Source: a virus
Lineage: Duplodnaviria > Caudoviricetes
Length of the DNA: 64,000 nt
IMG/VR virus record: IMGVR_UViG_2595698649_000001
Coordinates: 1 to 64,000 of that record
Direction: 5' to 3' (one strand)
The notes under the pieces: generated by a model
What the model was told of the DNA's origin: nothing
Database searches by the model: none
What the model saw: the letters and a program-made list of their open reading frames with translations, nothing else
Position numbers and translations under genes: made by a program
Shown here: positions 27,035 through 36,400 of the stretch, one piece after another
How positions within the stretch are numbered: position 1 is the first letter of the stretch
How the letters are laid out: each line of letters opens with the position of its first letter

Positions 27035-27602
27035 AGTAAGAAAAACAAAAGACTATAAGTCTATGCTCTTTAATGATGAGTTTATACAAGGTCGTGTTAA
27101 TGCGTCTGGACAAATATCTTTATTGTATATGAAAGAAATAATGAAAGTGTTTAATCATGTAGAGAATATACAACATGTTTGTTTACTAGGTCTTGGTGCA
27201 GGTAATTTACATACAGAAATATACAATAAGTTTCCAGATGTACACATAGATACAGTTGAAATAAATTCAGAAGTTATAGAAATTGCACACAAAGAATTTA
27301 ATTTACCAAAGTCAAAACGCCTTCGTATTATACAAGGTGATGTCCATGATTATATACATGAAGTACATAACTATGATGTAGTGATTGTTGATGTATATGA
27401 CGCAGATGGTCAAGTGATGTTAGACAATCGTTGGTTACGACAACAAGGTAAATGTATTGTTTATAATAGTTTAGTCAATAAGGACACTTATGTAAGTTAT
27501 ATGACTGAACTAAATACTTTGTACGATAGAGTACACGAACAATATAAACCTAAACTCTCAAGCGAGGAGTATAATCATATCGCATTTTGTTTTAATGACT
27601 AA
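27027..27602 (+). CDS. SAM-dependent methyltransferase, spermidine-synthase-like
   Basis: LLGLGAG, DTVEINSEVI, IIQGD, YDVVIVDVYD. Confidence 0.8.
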   Translation: MIEVRKTKDYKSMLFNDEFIQGRVNASGQISLLYMKEIMKVFNHVENIQHVCLLGLGAGNLHTEIYNKFPDVHIDTVEINSEVIEIAHKEFNLPKSKRLRIIQGDVHDYIHEVHNYDVVIVDVYDADGQVMLDNRWLRQQGKCIVYNSLVNKDTYVSYMTELNTLYDRVHEQYKPKLSSEEYNHIAFCFND

Positions 27603-27948
27603 AAAAATATTACACGCAAAAGAAATTACTCACCCAGACTTGTATCAAATATTAGATTTAAAAGATGTAACTTTTAAATGGGACAAAGTACAAGGCAGTT
27701 GGACAAGTTTCGCAGATAGTCAAGGCATTAATTATAAAAAATTATTTGATGACATGGCAGAAAACGGTATGAAACATCCTGTAATGGTACGAAAACTCAA
27801 TGAAATATATCGTAAATGGCAGGCAGGTGGTCGTAGAATTATATGGGCAAAGTTAAATGGTTATACACATATAGGTGCATATGTTTTAAAAACACAAGAA
27901 CAAGTTGATGAAATATATGCGGCTCAATATGATGAAAGTTATAAATAA
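27595..27948 (+). CDS. ParB/sulfiredoxin-like protein; paralog of 26226-26552
   Basis: LFDDMAENGMKHPVMV..GGRRIIWAKLNGYTHI. Confidence 0.55.
   Translation: MTKKILHAKEITHPDLYQILDLKDVTFKWDKVQGSWTSFADSQGINYKKLFDDMAENGMKHPVMVRKLNEIYRKWQAGGRRIIWAKLNGYTHIGAYVLKTQEQVDEIYAAQYDESYK
27940..27947 (+). promoter_or_regulatory. T4-type late promoter upstream of the porin
   Basis: TATAAATA. Confidence 0.65.
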
Positions 27949-28039
27949 TACACCATGAAAAATTTACGAGGTACATATTAAATCCCATTCAGGGATTGAT
28001 TATAATTTTTATAATCTATAATTCAAAAAAGGAGAATAC

Positions 28040-28897
28040 ATGTTAAGATTAATTACTGCTACGGTAGTTGGTATCGTTTTGCTTGCTTACACAGCAAACG
28101 CTGCTGAGATTAAACCGTATGGTACTTTTAACTACAAGTTTTCGCATGATGAAAACGCCTCTGGTGTTGCATACGACAAACTTGAAAACAACGGATCAAA
28201 ATTAGGTATTGATTTTTCAGAACCTAGTATTGAAGGTAGTTCTATTTCAGCAATTGCAAAATTGGAAGTTGGACTAGACGTTGACGATAGTGGTTCAGAC
28301 ACATTTGATTCCAGACTAGCATATGTTGGTTTAGAAAATAATGGTGTTGCAATTACTGTAGGTAGACAAGCTCATGCTTCAGTATCTCAAACAGATAACT
28401 TTCAAGTATATGGTAACAATGCTGTATTTAAATATGCAGATAGGTCATCTAATACAATCAAACTAAGCAATGGTACAGTTAGTGCAATGGCAATGGTTGA
28501 TGGAAGTAACGGCAAAAATGGTGTTGATGTTTATGAATGGAATATTTCTCATTCAATAAAAGACATTAACTTATCTGGTGGTTACGCTGACGATAGAGTT
28601 AACGATATCTCATATTGGGCTGCAGGTGCATCCACAACTGTAGGTGACTTTACAGTCGCTTCAACTTATTCAATCTATGACGCTGCTACTGACTTAGTTG
28701 GTATGGAAGCAACAGTAGGTTGGAAAGCATTAACAGTTGGATACGGAGATAAAGAAGGTACTGGTACTTACATGACTTATGGTGTAAACCATAACATGAC
28801 AGAAAGTCTAAGTGTCTATGCAGAAATGCAACAAGACGATTTAGATACTGGTACTGATTTACAACACTACTCATTTGGAACAAAGTTTGTATTCTAA
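28040..28897 (+). CDS. Gram-negative-type outer-membrane porin
   Basis: Signal peptide ANA-AE; PYG, NNGSKLG, SRLAYVGL, ITVGRQ, LSVYAE; C-terminal Phe (GTKFVF). Confidence 0.85.
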   Translation: MLRLITATVVGIVLLAYTANAAEIKPYGTFNYKFSHDENASGVAYDKLENNGSKLGIDFSEPSIEGSSISAIAKLEVGLDVDDSGSDTFDSRLAYVGLENNGVAITVGRQAHASVSQTDNFQVYGNNAVFKYADRSSNTIKLSNGTVSAMAMVDGSNGKNGVDVYEWNISHSIKDINLSGGYADDRVNDISYWAAGASTTVGDFTVASTYSIYDAATDLVGMEATVGWKALTVGYGDKEGTGTYMTYGVNHNMTESLSVYAEMQQDDLDTGTDLQHYSFGTKFVF

Positions 28898-28930
28898 ATA
28901 GTAATAACATAAAAACAAAGGAGAAATCTA

Positions 28931-29089
28931 ATGTCAAAATGGATAAAAGATATATCTGCTTGGAAAGATTATGGTCTAATTTTATTAGCTGTAGTTCTTT
29001 TTACAGGTATCATGGCACCCCTTACAATAATTAAATGGGGTCTAATTGCTTGGATCGCTGCTAACTTATGGCAGAGATACAAAGCATAA
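28931..29089 (+). CDS. 52-aa membrane peptide
   Basis: RBS AAGGAG; two hydrophobic segments, Trp-rich. Confidence 0.55.
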   Translation: MSKWIKDISAWKDYGLILLAVVLFTGIMAPLTIIKWGLIAWIAANLWQRYKA

Positions 29090-29106
29090 TATAAAAGGAA
29101 AATTAA

Positions 29107-29262
29107 ATGATTAGGAAATTAATATACGTTATTATAGTAATAGTAGCGTTTACTCTTGGTCACCACTATGGCGAAGACGCCGCTAGTTTAGTAGATAATG
29201 TACCTTTACCAAAAGTTACAATTGAAATGCCAGCGACAGAAACACCTGCCGTAGTTGAATAG
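29107..29262 (+). CDS. 51-aa signal-anchored peptide
   Basis: RBS AAGGA; MIRKLIYVIIVIVAFTLGHHYG... Confidence 0.5.
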   Translation: MIRKLIYVIIVIVAFTLGHHYGEDAASLVDNVPLPKVTIEMPATETPAVVE

Positions 29263-29271
29263 ATTAAAATA

Positions 29272-29322
29272 AAAAAAGGACATCCTCACTTTTGTTTCAA
29301 AGGTACTTGGATGTCCTTTTTT
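29272..29322. terminator. bidirectional terminator-like hairpin between convergent units
   Basis: AAAAAAGGACATCC-N23-GGATGTCCTTTTTT. Confidence 0.7.
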
Positions 29323-29475
29323 AATTTTGTACGAACATTTAAAATGTTCTATGTTGCCTGTCCCATAGTGCTAGACAGATTACTCACTCTCACTTTTATT
29401 TCAAAGATACTTGAGCTTTCACCTATACGTCTGTACAACGCCCCACAGGATAAAAACCGTTAGGTCTTATACTTG

Positions 29476-29739
29476 TCACATATCAGCAACAACTCCTTTC
29501 GTTGGTGTTATAACTTGGTCAAAGTACGCCCAATATTCGCCTTCACTTTCACCAAACGTTACATCTTTATAACCTATAGAACCTAAGTAACCCATATCAG
29601 TATCGTACTCTTTTAGTTTGATACCTAACTCACCAGCAGGGTCTGACGTAGTAAGTCCTATAGAAATGTCTGTAATAATTCCGTCTCTATTGATACCTCT
29701 CTTGGAGATTTCAACTTTATCACCTATCTTAATTATCAT
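29476..29739 (-). CDS. hypothetical early protein (SH3/KOW-like start)
   Basis: IKIGDKVEI..G.ITDI; downstream of a sigma70 promoter. Confidence 0.6.
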   Translation of the reverse strand: MIIKIGDKVEISKRGINRDGIITDISIGLTTSDPAGELGIKLKEYDTDMGYLGSIGYKDVTFGESEGEYWAYFDQVITPTKGVVADM

Positions 29740-29993
29740 TATGCCGCCTCCAACATTGACATTGGTACTCTATAACTTCTACCAAGCATATTTACTACAC
29801 ACCTAGATTGATTAATCTTAGTAATTACACCAGGAGTTTTTTTAGTCTTTTGTACAACAAACACTTTTTGTCCTACAGATAGAGAAGATTTAGCATTCAT
29901 AACTTTAACATCACTAATAAAACTAGAAAGTTCATTCAGTTCAGTTAAAGACAGTTGTTGGATGCCAGCCTTGATTAGTTGGATTTTGTTCAT
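29739..29993 (-). CDS. hypothetical early protein (KOW/SH3-like)
   Basis: LSVGQKVFV..GVITKIN..YRVPMSML; RBS GAAAGG. Confidence 0.65.
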   Translation of the reverse strand: MNKIQLIKAGIQQLSLTELNELSSFISDVKVMNAKSSLSVGQKVFVVQKTKKTPGVITKINQSRCVVNMLGRSYRVPMSMLEAA

Positions 29994-30023
29994 AATATAA
30001 CCTTTCGTTTTAAATATAGATAT

Positions 30024-30052
30024 ATCCTATCACATAAATACTTTAAAGTCAA
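30024..30052 (-). promoter_or_regulatory. sigma70-type early promoter (minus strand)
   Basis: TTGACT, 17-bp spacer, TAGGAT with a TGn extension. Confidence 0.65.
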
Positions 30053-30099
30053 GCATTATTTTGACTTTATTTCAAGGTGCGACAGAATGTCTCAGTTTT

Positions 30100-30114
30100 G
30101 TTCACTATTTGTTC
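30100..30114. promoter_or_regulatory. putative alphaproteobacterial LexA (SOS) box
   Basis: GTTC-ACTATTT-GTTC matches GTTC-N7-GTTC, in a divergent intergenic region. Confidence 0.5.
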
Positions 30115-30133
30115 TTTTTGAAAGGAGAATATT

Positions 30134-30274
30134 ATGGGATTTTTAACTAAATTATGGACTATGACAGATAGTCTATGGAAACCTAAACCGTTAGTATTGA
30201 CGAAAGACATGGAAGTCAAACCTAAGAAGAAAAAGAAATCAACTAAAAAGAAATCAACTAAAAAAAGGAGTTAA
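30134..30274 (+). CDS. 46-aa Lys-rich peptide
   Basis: RBS AAGGAG; ends KPKKKKKSTKKKSTKKRS. Confidence 0.55.
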   Translation: MGFLTKLWTMTDSLWKPKPLVLTKDMEVKPKKKKKSTKKKSTKKRS

Positions 30275-30275
30275 C

Positions 30276-30398
30276 ATGAATTGCGACAACTGTGGTCATC
30301 CTTCTCATTGTGGAACACCCTTAATGAAGACCAATGAGGGTAGTGAGTATGAAGTTTGTAAACATTGTAGATGTGAGGAGTGTACTCCAAAGGAATAA
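30276..30398 (+). CDS. 40-aa Cys/His-rich putative metal-binding microprotein
   Basis: RBS AGGAG; MNCDNCGHPSHCG...CKHCRCEEC. Confidence 0.6.
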   Translation: MNCDNCGHPSHCGTPLMKTNEGSEYEVCKHCRCEECTPKE

Positions 30399-30401
30399 AT
30401 T

Positions 30402-30671
30402 ATGCCAAGAATGAGGGAGTTTACCTTTAATAATGGAAAAGAAGATAAAATAATAGAAGCAATGTCTTATAAGAAAGCCGTGAAGTCTTATCAGTCAAGT
30501 GCAAATAGAAAAGAAGACGGCGATACAGTTAACGTTTACTGGTTAAGTAAAAAAGGTAAAGAAGAAAGTCTAGTACAGAAATTACCTTTAGGTAGAAAAA
30601 TTAGGCAAGCGGAAATAATTGAAAGAGAAAAGGCGGCACTTAAAGCGGCTAAAGAAGCAGGTAGTAGATAA
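30402..30671 (+). CDS. hypothetical protein
   Basis: ORF with RBS AAGGA. Confidence 0.6.
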   Translation: MPRMREFTFNNGKEDKIIEAMSYKKAVKSYQSSANRKEDGDTVNVYWLSKKGKEESLVQKLPLGRKIRQAEIIEREKAALKAAKEAGSR

Positions 30672-30814
30672 TGGCAAAATTAGCAAAATCATTTGTACCT
30701 CATGTTTCAACACCTAAGAAGACTAGTCAAGGTAAACGAAAAGGTGTATCTTTCTCTACTATGAACAAAGCTAAGAAACGAGATTTCAAAGCATACAAAG
30801 GACAAGGTAAATAA
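30671..30814 (+). CDS. 47-aa basic peptide
   Basis: MAKLAKSF..KKTSQG..MNKAKKRDFKAYKGQGK; coupled to the PAAR gene. Confidence 0.6.
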   Translation: MAKLAKSFVPHVSTPKKTSQGKRKGVSFSTMNKAKKRDFKAYKGQGK

Positions 30815-31114
30815 ATGGGTCAACCAGTTATACGTTCAGGTTTAGATAGTCATGCTGGGCATGCCAGTCCTACTCCTAACCCTTTTCACAAAACAGCATA
30901 CACAGGTGGGTCACCTAATGTTAATACTAATGGCGCTGCCACTATTCGTAAAGGTAAAGACGCCACTTCTTGTGGAGACCCTGCTACAGGTGGGTCAACT
31001 ACTGTATTTGTAAACGGTAAAGGTATTCACAGGAGTGGTGACGCAACAGGTGGTCATGGTAGTTGGGTACCAAATAACGCAACAGGTGGAAGTTCTAACG
31101 TAAACGCTGGATAA
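30815..31114 (+). CDS. gp5.4: PAAR spike-tip protein gp5.4
   Basis: D.HAGH, GSPNVNTNG, TSCGD, GSTTVFVNGKGIHRSGD. Confidence 0.85.
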   Translation: MGQPVIRSGLDSHAGHASPTPNPFHKTAYTGGSPNVNTNGAATIRKGKDATSCGDPATGGSTTVFVNGKGIHRSGDATGGHGSWVPNNATGGSSNVNAG

Positions 31115-31118
31115 TCTT

Positions 31119-31126
31119 TATAAATA
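31119..31126 (+). promoter_or_regulatory. T4-type late promoter
   Basis: TATAAATA before gp25. Confidence 0.75.
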
Positions 31127-31131
31127 GTCGT

Positions 31132-31575
31132 ATGGCTATTACACAATCAGGTTATAGAGACGCTCAAACTACTAATGCTTCAAGTAGAAGTGTTAGATTA
31201 TATAAGGATTTAGCATTATCTTTTGAGAGAAATGATAATACTAAAGATATAATAGTTAAGAAAGACATAGAGGCAGTGAAACAATCTGTCAGAAATCTTA
31301 TATTAACTAATCATTTTGAGAGACCTTTTCATCCTGAGATAGGATCAAATGTTACAGCAGTATTATTTGAACCAATGAACCCTATCACAGCAAATAGTTT
31401 AACAAGAGTAATAGAAGAAACAATTGTAAACTTTGAACCAAGAGCAAGACTAGTATCTGTTAATGCTATTCCTAATCTGGCACAAAACGCTTACAATGTA
31501 ACAATAAGTTTTTATGTAGTGAACATACCAGGCGAGTTGGTAGAGTTAACTACACTACTAGAAAGAAGTAGATAA
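31132..31575 (+). CDS. gp25: baseplate wedge subunit gp25
   Basis: YKDL.LSF, AVKQSVRNLILT..ERPFHPEIGS, FEPR. Confidence 0.93.
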   Translation: MAITQSGYRDAQTTNASSRSVRLYKDLALSFERNDNTKDIIVKKDIEAVKQSVRNLILTNHFERPFHPEIGSNVTAVLFEPMNPITANSLTRVIEETIVNFEPRARLVSVNAIPNLAQNAYNVTISFYVVNIPGELVELTTLLERSR

Positions 31576-33431
31576 TGGCAACGAACAAAAAACTAGAAGT
31601 AACAGATTTAGATTTTGATACAATCAAAACTAATCTTAAAAAATTTTTAAGACAACAAGACCAATTTACTGATTATGACTTTGAAGGTTCTACAATCAGT
31701 TCATTGTTAGATGTTCTAGCATACAACACACACTACAACGGCGTTTATGCTAATGTTCTTGCCAATGAAATGTTTTTAGATAGTGCTGATATGAGAAACA
31801 GTATTGTCTCACATGCTAAACATGTAGGTTACACACCAAGAAGTGCAACAGCACCTTATGCTGATGTTGACTTAGTTGTCAATAATGCTACTGGTGCAAC
31901 TTTAACTGCCGCTCAAGGTACAACATTTACATCTACAGTTGATGGCGTGTCTTACAATTATATTGTAAAAGAAGATACTACAACTACACCAGTTGATGGT
32001 GTTTATACATTTAAGAATTTAAATTTATATGAAGGTACTTTAGTTACAAACAAATATACAGTTAACACAGCAGACGCCAATCAGCGTTTCTTAATTAAGA
32101 ATGATATGGCAGATACAACAACTTTATTAGTTAAAGTTCAAAACAGTTCATCTGATACTACTACAACAACATATGTATTGTCAACAGACTTAGTAGATGT
32201 ATCAAGTACATCAACAGTTTATTTTTTAGAAGGTGCTGAAGACGAACAGTATGAAGTTATATTTGGTGATGGTGTTTTAGGTAAAGCATTATCAACAGGT
32301 AATATTGTTTCACTCACATACATAGTTACTAATGGTTCAGATAGTAATGGTGCTAGTTCATTTGCATTATCTGGTAATGTAGGTGGTTTTACTGATGTCA
32401 GTTTAACTGTAAACACAAACAGCGTTAACGGTGCAGACCCGGAAAGTCCGGCAAGTATTCGTTTCAACGCACCAAAACAATATGCCACACAAAATAGGGC
32501 AGTAACGGCGAAAGACTATGAAAGTAAAGTTAAATCAATTTATTCAAATGCTAAATCAGTTCAAGTATGGGGTGGTGAAGATAATGAAACACCCGTTTAT
32601 GGTAGAGTATATATCTCTATCAATCCTGTTGCTGGTGCTACACTTACAGAAGCAACTAAGTCAGATATTATAACTCAACTAAAAAATTTTAATGTTGCAA
32701 GTATCACACCTGTAATTGAGAATCCAGAAACAACATTTATACAACCAACTGTAACTGTAAGGTATGACGCTAAGTCAACTACTAACACAGCTGAAAGTAT
32801 TAAGTCATTAGTACAAACAGCAATAACAAATTTTAATACAGATAACTTACAAGAGTTTGACCAAGTATTCAGACATTCTAAATTTATTGAAACAGTAAAC
32901 AAAGCAGACGATAGTATTTTATCAAACATCACAACACTTAAATTACACAAAGCATTTACTGCTACAGTATCAAGTTCAACAACATATACAATTAGTTTTA
33001 ATAACGCATTATATAATCCACACTCTGGTCACAATTCAGACATGGGTGGTATATTATCTTCTTCTTCGTTTAAAGTATCTGGTGATACTACAAATGATTA
33101 TTTTTTAAATGATGACGGACAAGGTAATATAAGATTGTATTATGTCGCAGGTGGTGTTAATGTTTACACAAACAATACACAAGGTACAATAAACTATACA
33201 ACAGGAAAAATAACTTTAAATAGTTTACATATTTCTGAGGTTGGTAATGTTGACGGTGCCACTTCTACTACCATTAGACTAACAGTAGTACCTAATTCAG
33301 TTGATGTAGTTCCAGTTCGTAATCAAGTTATACAAATAGATGAAACAAATGCTACTGTGGTTGTAACTGCTGATGACTACGATACTACATCAGGTATAGG
33401 ATACACAACAGCGACAAACTATGCGAGTTAG
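31575..33431 (+). CDS. gp6: baseplate wedge subunit gp6
   Basis: LDFDTIKTNLK, DYDFEGS..LLDVLAYNTHY, FGDGVLG, QNRAVTAKDY, WGGEDN. Confidence 0.95.
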   Translation: MATNKKLEVTDLDFDTIKTNLKKFLRQQDQFTDYDFEGSTISSLLDVLAYNTHYNGVYANVLANEMFLDSADMRNSIVSHAKHVGYTPRSATAPYADVDLVVNNATGATLTAAQGTTFTSTVDGVSYNYIVKEDTTTTPVDGVYTFKNLNLYEGTLVTNKYTVNTADANQRFLIKNDMADTTTLLVKVQNSSSDTTTTTYVLSTDLVDVSSTSTVYFLEGAEDEQYEVIFGDGVLGKALSTGNIVSLTYIVTNGSDSNGASSFALSGNVGGFTDVSLTVNTNSVNGADPESPASIRFNAPKQYATQNRAVTAKDYESKVKSIYSNAKSVQVWGGEDNETPVYGRVYISINPVAGATLTEATKSDIITQLKNFNVASITPVIENPETTFIQPTVTVRYDAKSTTNTAESIKSLVQTAITNFNTDNLQEFDQVFRHSKFIETVNKADDSILSNITTLKLHKAFTATVSSSTTYTISFNNALYNPHSGHNSDMGGILSSSSFKVSGDTTNDYFLNDDGQGNIRLYYVAGGVNVYTNNTQGTINYTTGKITLNSLHISEVGNVDGATSTTIRLTVVPNSVDVVPVRNQVIQIDETNATVVVTADDYDTTSGIGYTTATNYAS

Positions 33432-33434
33432 TAA

Positions 33435-36400
33435 ATGGCAAAATTTGACAAAAAAATAAGTAACTTAGTTTCACGGCAGTTACCTGCCCATATACAGGCA
33501 AATCATCCACTATTAGTAGAGTTCGTAAAACAGTATTATGTTTTTATGGACTCAGCACAAATCACTTTATCAAGTGTTAGTGCCTCTGACCAAATATTAT
33601 TAGAAGCTGCAACTGGTGGGTTTGTTGCCTTAAATGCAACTAACGAATTTGGTAAAGACGAAGGTGATTATATTCTTAGTGAACAAGAGAGTATAGGTGA
33701 GTTTACAAAAGGTGAAACTATTACAGGTGCCACTTCAGGTCAAACGGCAACTATACTTGCTGAAGATACAGACGCATTAAAATTATATGTTACAGAAAAT
33801 AGTTTATTCGTAACAGGTGAAACTTTAACAGGTAGTACATCTGGTGCTCAAGGTGTTATATCAAGGTACAGACCAAACCCTAACGCACACTTAACACAAC
33901 TGTTAGAGTATGCAGACGTTAACGATACTATAGATGATTTCTTTAAACAATTTAGAAATACATTTTTACAAACTTTACCAAACACACTTACAAATGGTTT
34001 AGATAAAAGACAACTAACAAAAAATATTATATCATTATACAAAGCAAAAGGTACAAAAGCGGCAAATGAAATATTTTTCCGTGCCTTGTTTAATGAAACT
34101 CCAGAATTATATTACCCTACAGTAGATATGATGAGAGTATCAGACGGTAACTTTGATACTGAACAAATAATTAAAGCAACACTATCAGCACCGTCTGATG
34201 GTAACATGAACAATCTAGTAGGTAAAACAATTACACAAGCAGATATAGTAGGTAATGATACAGTAGATATTGCCAGTTCAGTTGTTGAGAAGGCAACAAT
34301 ATCTACGATATCGTTAAATGGTGTTTCGCATGATGTTGCTACATTTGTTTTAAATAAAGATAGTACATCTGGTTCATTTTCAAGTAGTGGAGGTGACGGA
34401 TTAGTTTTAGATACAGCTGCTGATGAAAATGATAATATAATTTTAGATGGTACAGATAGTTCATCTACAAATGCAGGTGATAGATTAATACAAAATACTA
34501 AATCAATATTTTTTGGTACAGATAATACAGATAGTGATGTTACTATAGAATGTAATGTTGAAAGTATATTAGATGATGTATCAGTAAATAGTGGTGGTCA
34601 ATATTACTCTGTAGGTGAAAACATAAACTTTACAAAAGAAAAAGGTGGTACAGGTGCCATTGCACAAATAGAACAAGTTACATATGGTGTTATTGATAGT
34701 GTACAAATAGAAAATGGTGGTTCAGGTTACGCAGTAGGTGACGCATTATCAGTTACAAATCCTACAAGTGGTGATGGTCTTGCAGGTACAGTTGCAGTTG
34801 TCAATGGTGGTTTTACTTTAGAAGGTGATACACATGATGACGGTATTCTTTTATTAGAACAAGGTACAGGTTTTCAACTTGTTATGGAAGCAGCGACAAA
34901 CAGTTCTTCAAATGATATAACAAAAATTAGATTATCAAATAAAGGTGGTGGTTATCTATCATTACCTACAGTATCAGTAACTTCAACTGGTGGTTCAAAT
35001 GCTCTTGTATATCCTGTATCTTCAAGTATAGGTAAAGCATTATCTGCTAAAGTTATTGACCATGGATTTAGATATGAGACAGCACCTGAAGTATCGCCAA
35101 AACTTCACATACAAATAGATACGCTATCAAGTAACTTCACTTCTGGTGAAACAATCACAGCTTCGTCTGAGGATTATATGGCGTTAGAGGCATATGAACA
35201 AATAGATTTCCCAATATTACTAGAAGACTTTAGACAAGCAGTAATTAGATTAGAAGATTTTGAAAGAGGTGACTTAGTTACGGAAGATGGCGAACAATTT
35301 GCATTAGAAGAATTTGTATCAGGCGCCGTACCAGAAAGTGCAAGTCCAGATTTCTTACGAGACGAAACAGATAACGACAGAATTGTATATAACGAATATG
35401 TATTAAAAGATAATACAGATTATATTGTGTTGAATGGCACAGATGGTTCATCTACAAATGAAGGTGGTAAAATACAAAGAGACGACCAAGAAACAGCGTC
35501 AGGTACTTTTGAAACTTTTGACGCAGCTACAAACATTCTTACACTAAAAGAAACTACAGGTACTTTTGATGACAAAGTTACAATCACAGGTTCTACATCA
35601 GGTGAAACGGCAAGAGTAAGAAACTATAATCCACAAGATACAAAAGCAAGTATGACTGCCACAGTAGGTACTGCCATAGAAACAGATGGTAGTAATACAG
35701 GTGTTGATGGACAGTTATCAGAAAGTACAAAGAAAGTACAAGACAGTTTATACTACCAAGATTATTCATACATTATTAAAGTTGGAGAAAGTATTACTGA
35801 ATGGAGAGATTATCTTAAATCTGCCATACACCCTGCCGGTTTTTATTTCCAAGGGGAAGTTGCAATCAAAACACAATTGAATGCTAAGATGAAAACTGGA
35901 TATACTAGAATATCCGGTCTTACTGAAACAGATGAAGTTGTTGAAATACTATCTGTTATCTTTAGTGAGAAGATTGGTAGAAGACTTGGTACGCCAACTG
36001 ATGGTACAAGTGTAAGAAGTACACCTCAATTAGGTATAGAGGGTAGTGCTTCATTTGGTACTACAAGAGACGTTACACTTAATCAGGAGATTACACTTAA
36101 AACAAATCAACAAACTCAACAGCAGTTTAGGTCTACAGATATTAAACAAGGTCTAGTATATGCAGGTCCTCGTATGAAAACTATAGGCAATTTAGTCTCA
36201 GGTGCATTTGACCATACACCAGATAGAATGTTATTAAATGGTACTGATGGTTCATCTACACATGGAAATGACGGATTAATATTAGAAGACGGTGGAGATA
36301 TGAAACAAGAATTAGGTCTACGAGATATGGATAGCGGTATCACAATTGCCACTATAAATAGTATTAAATTAACAGGAACAGGTAATACATCATTTGATGG

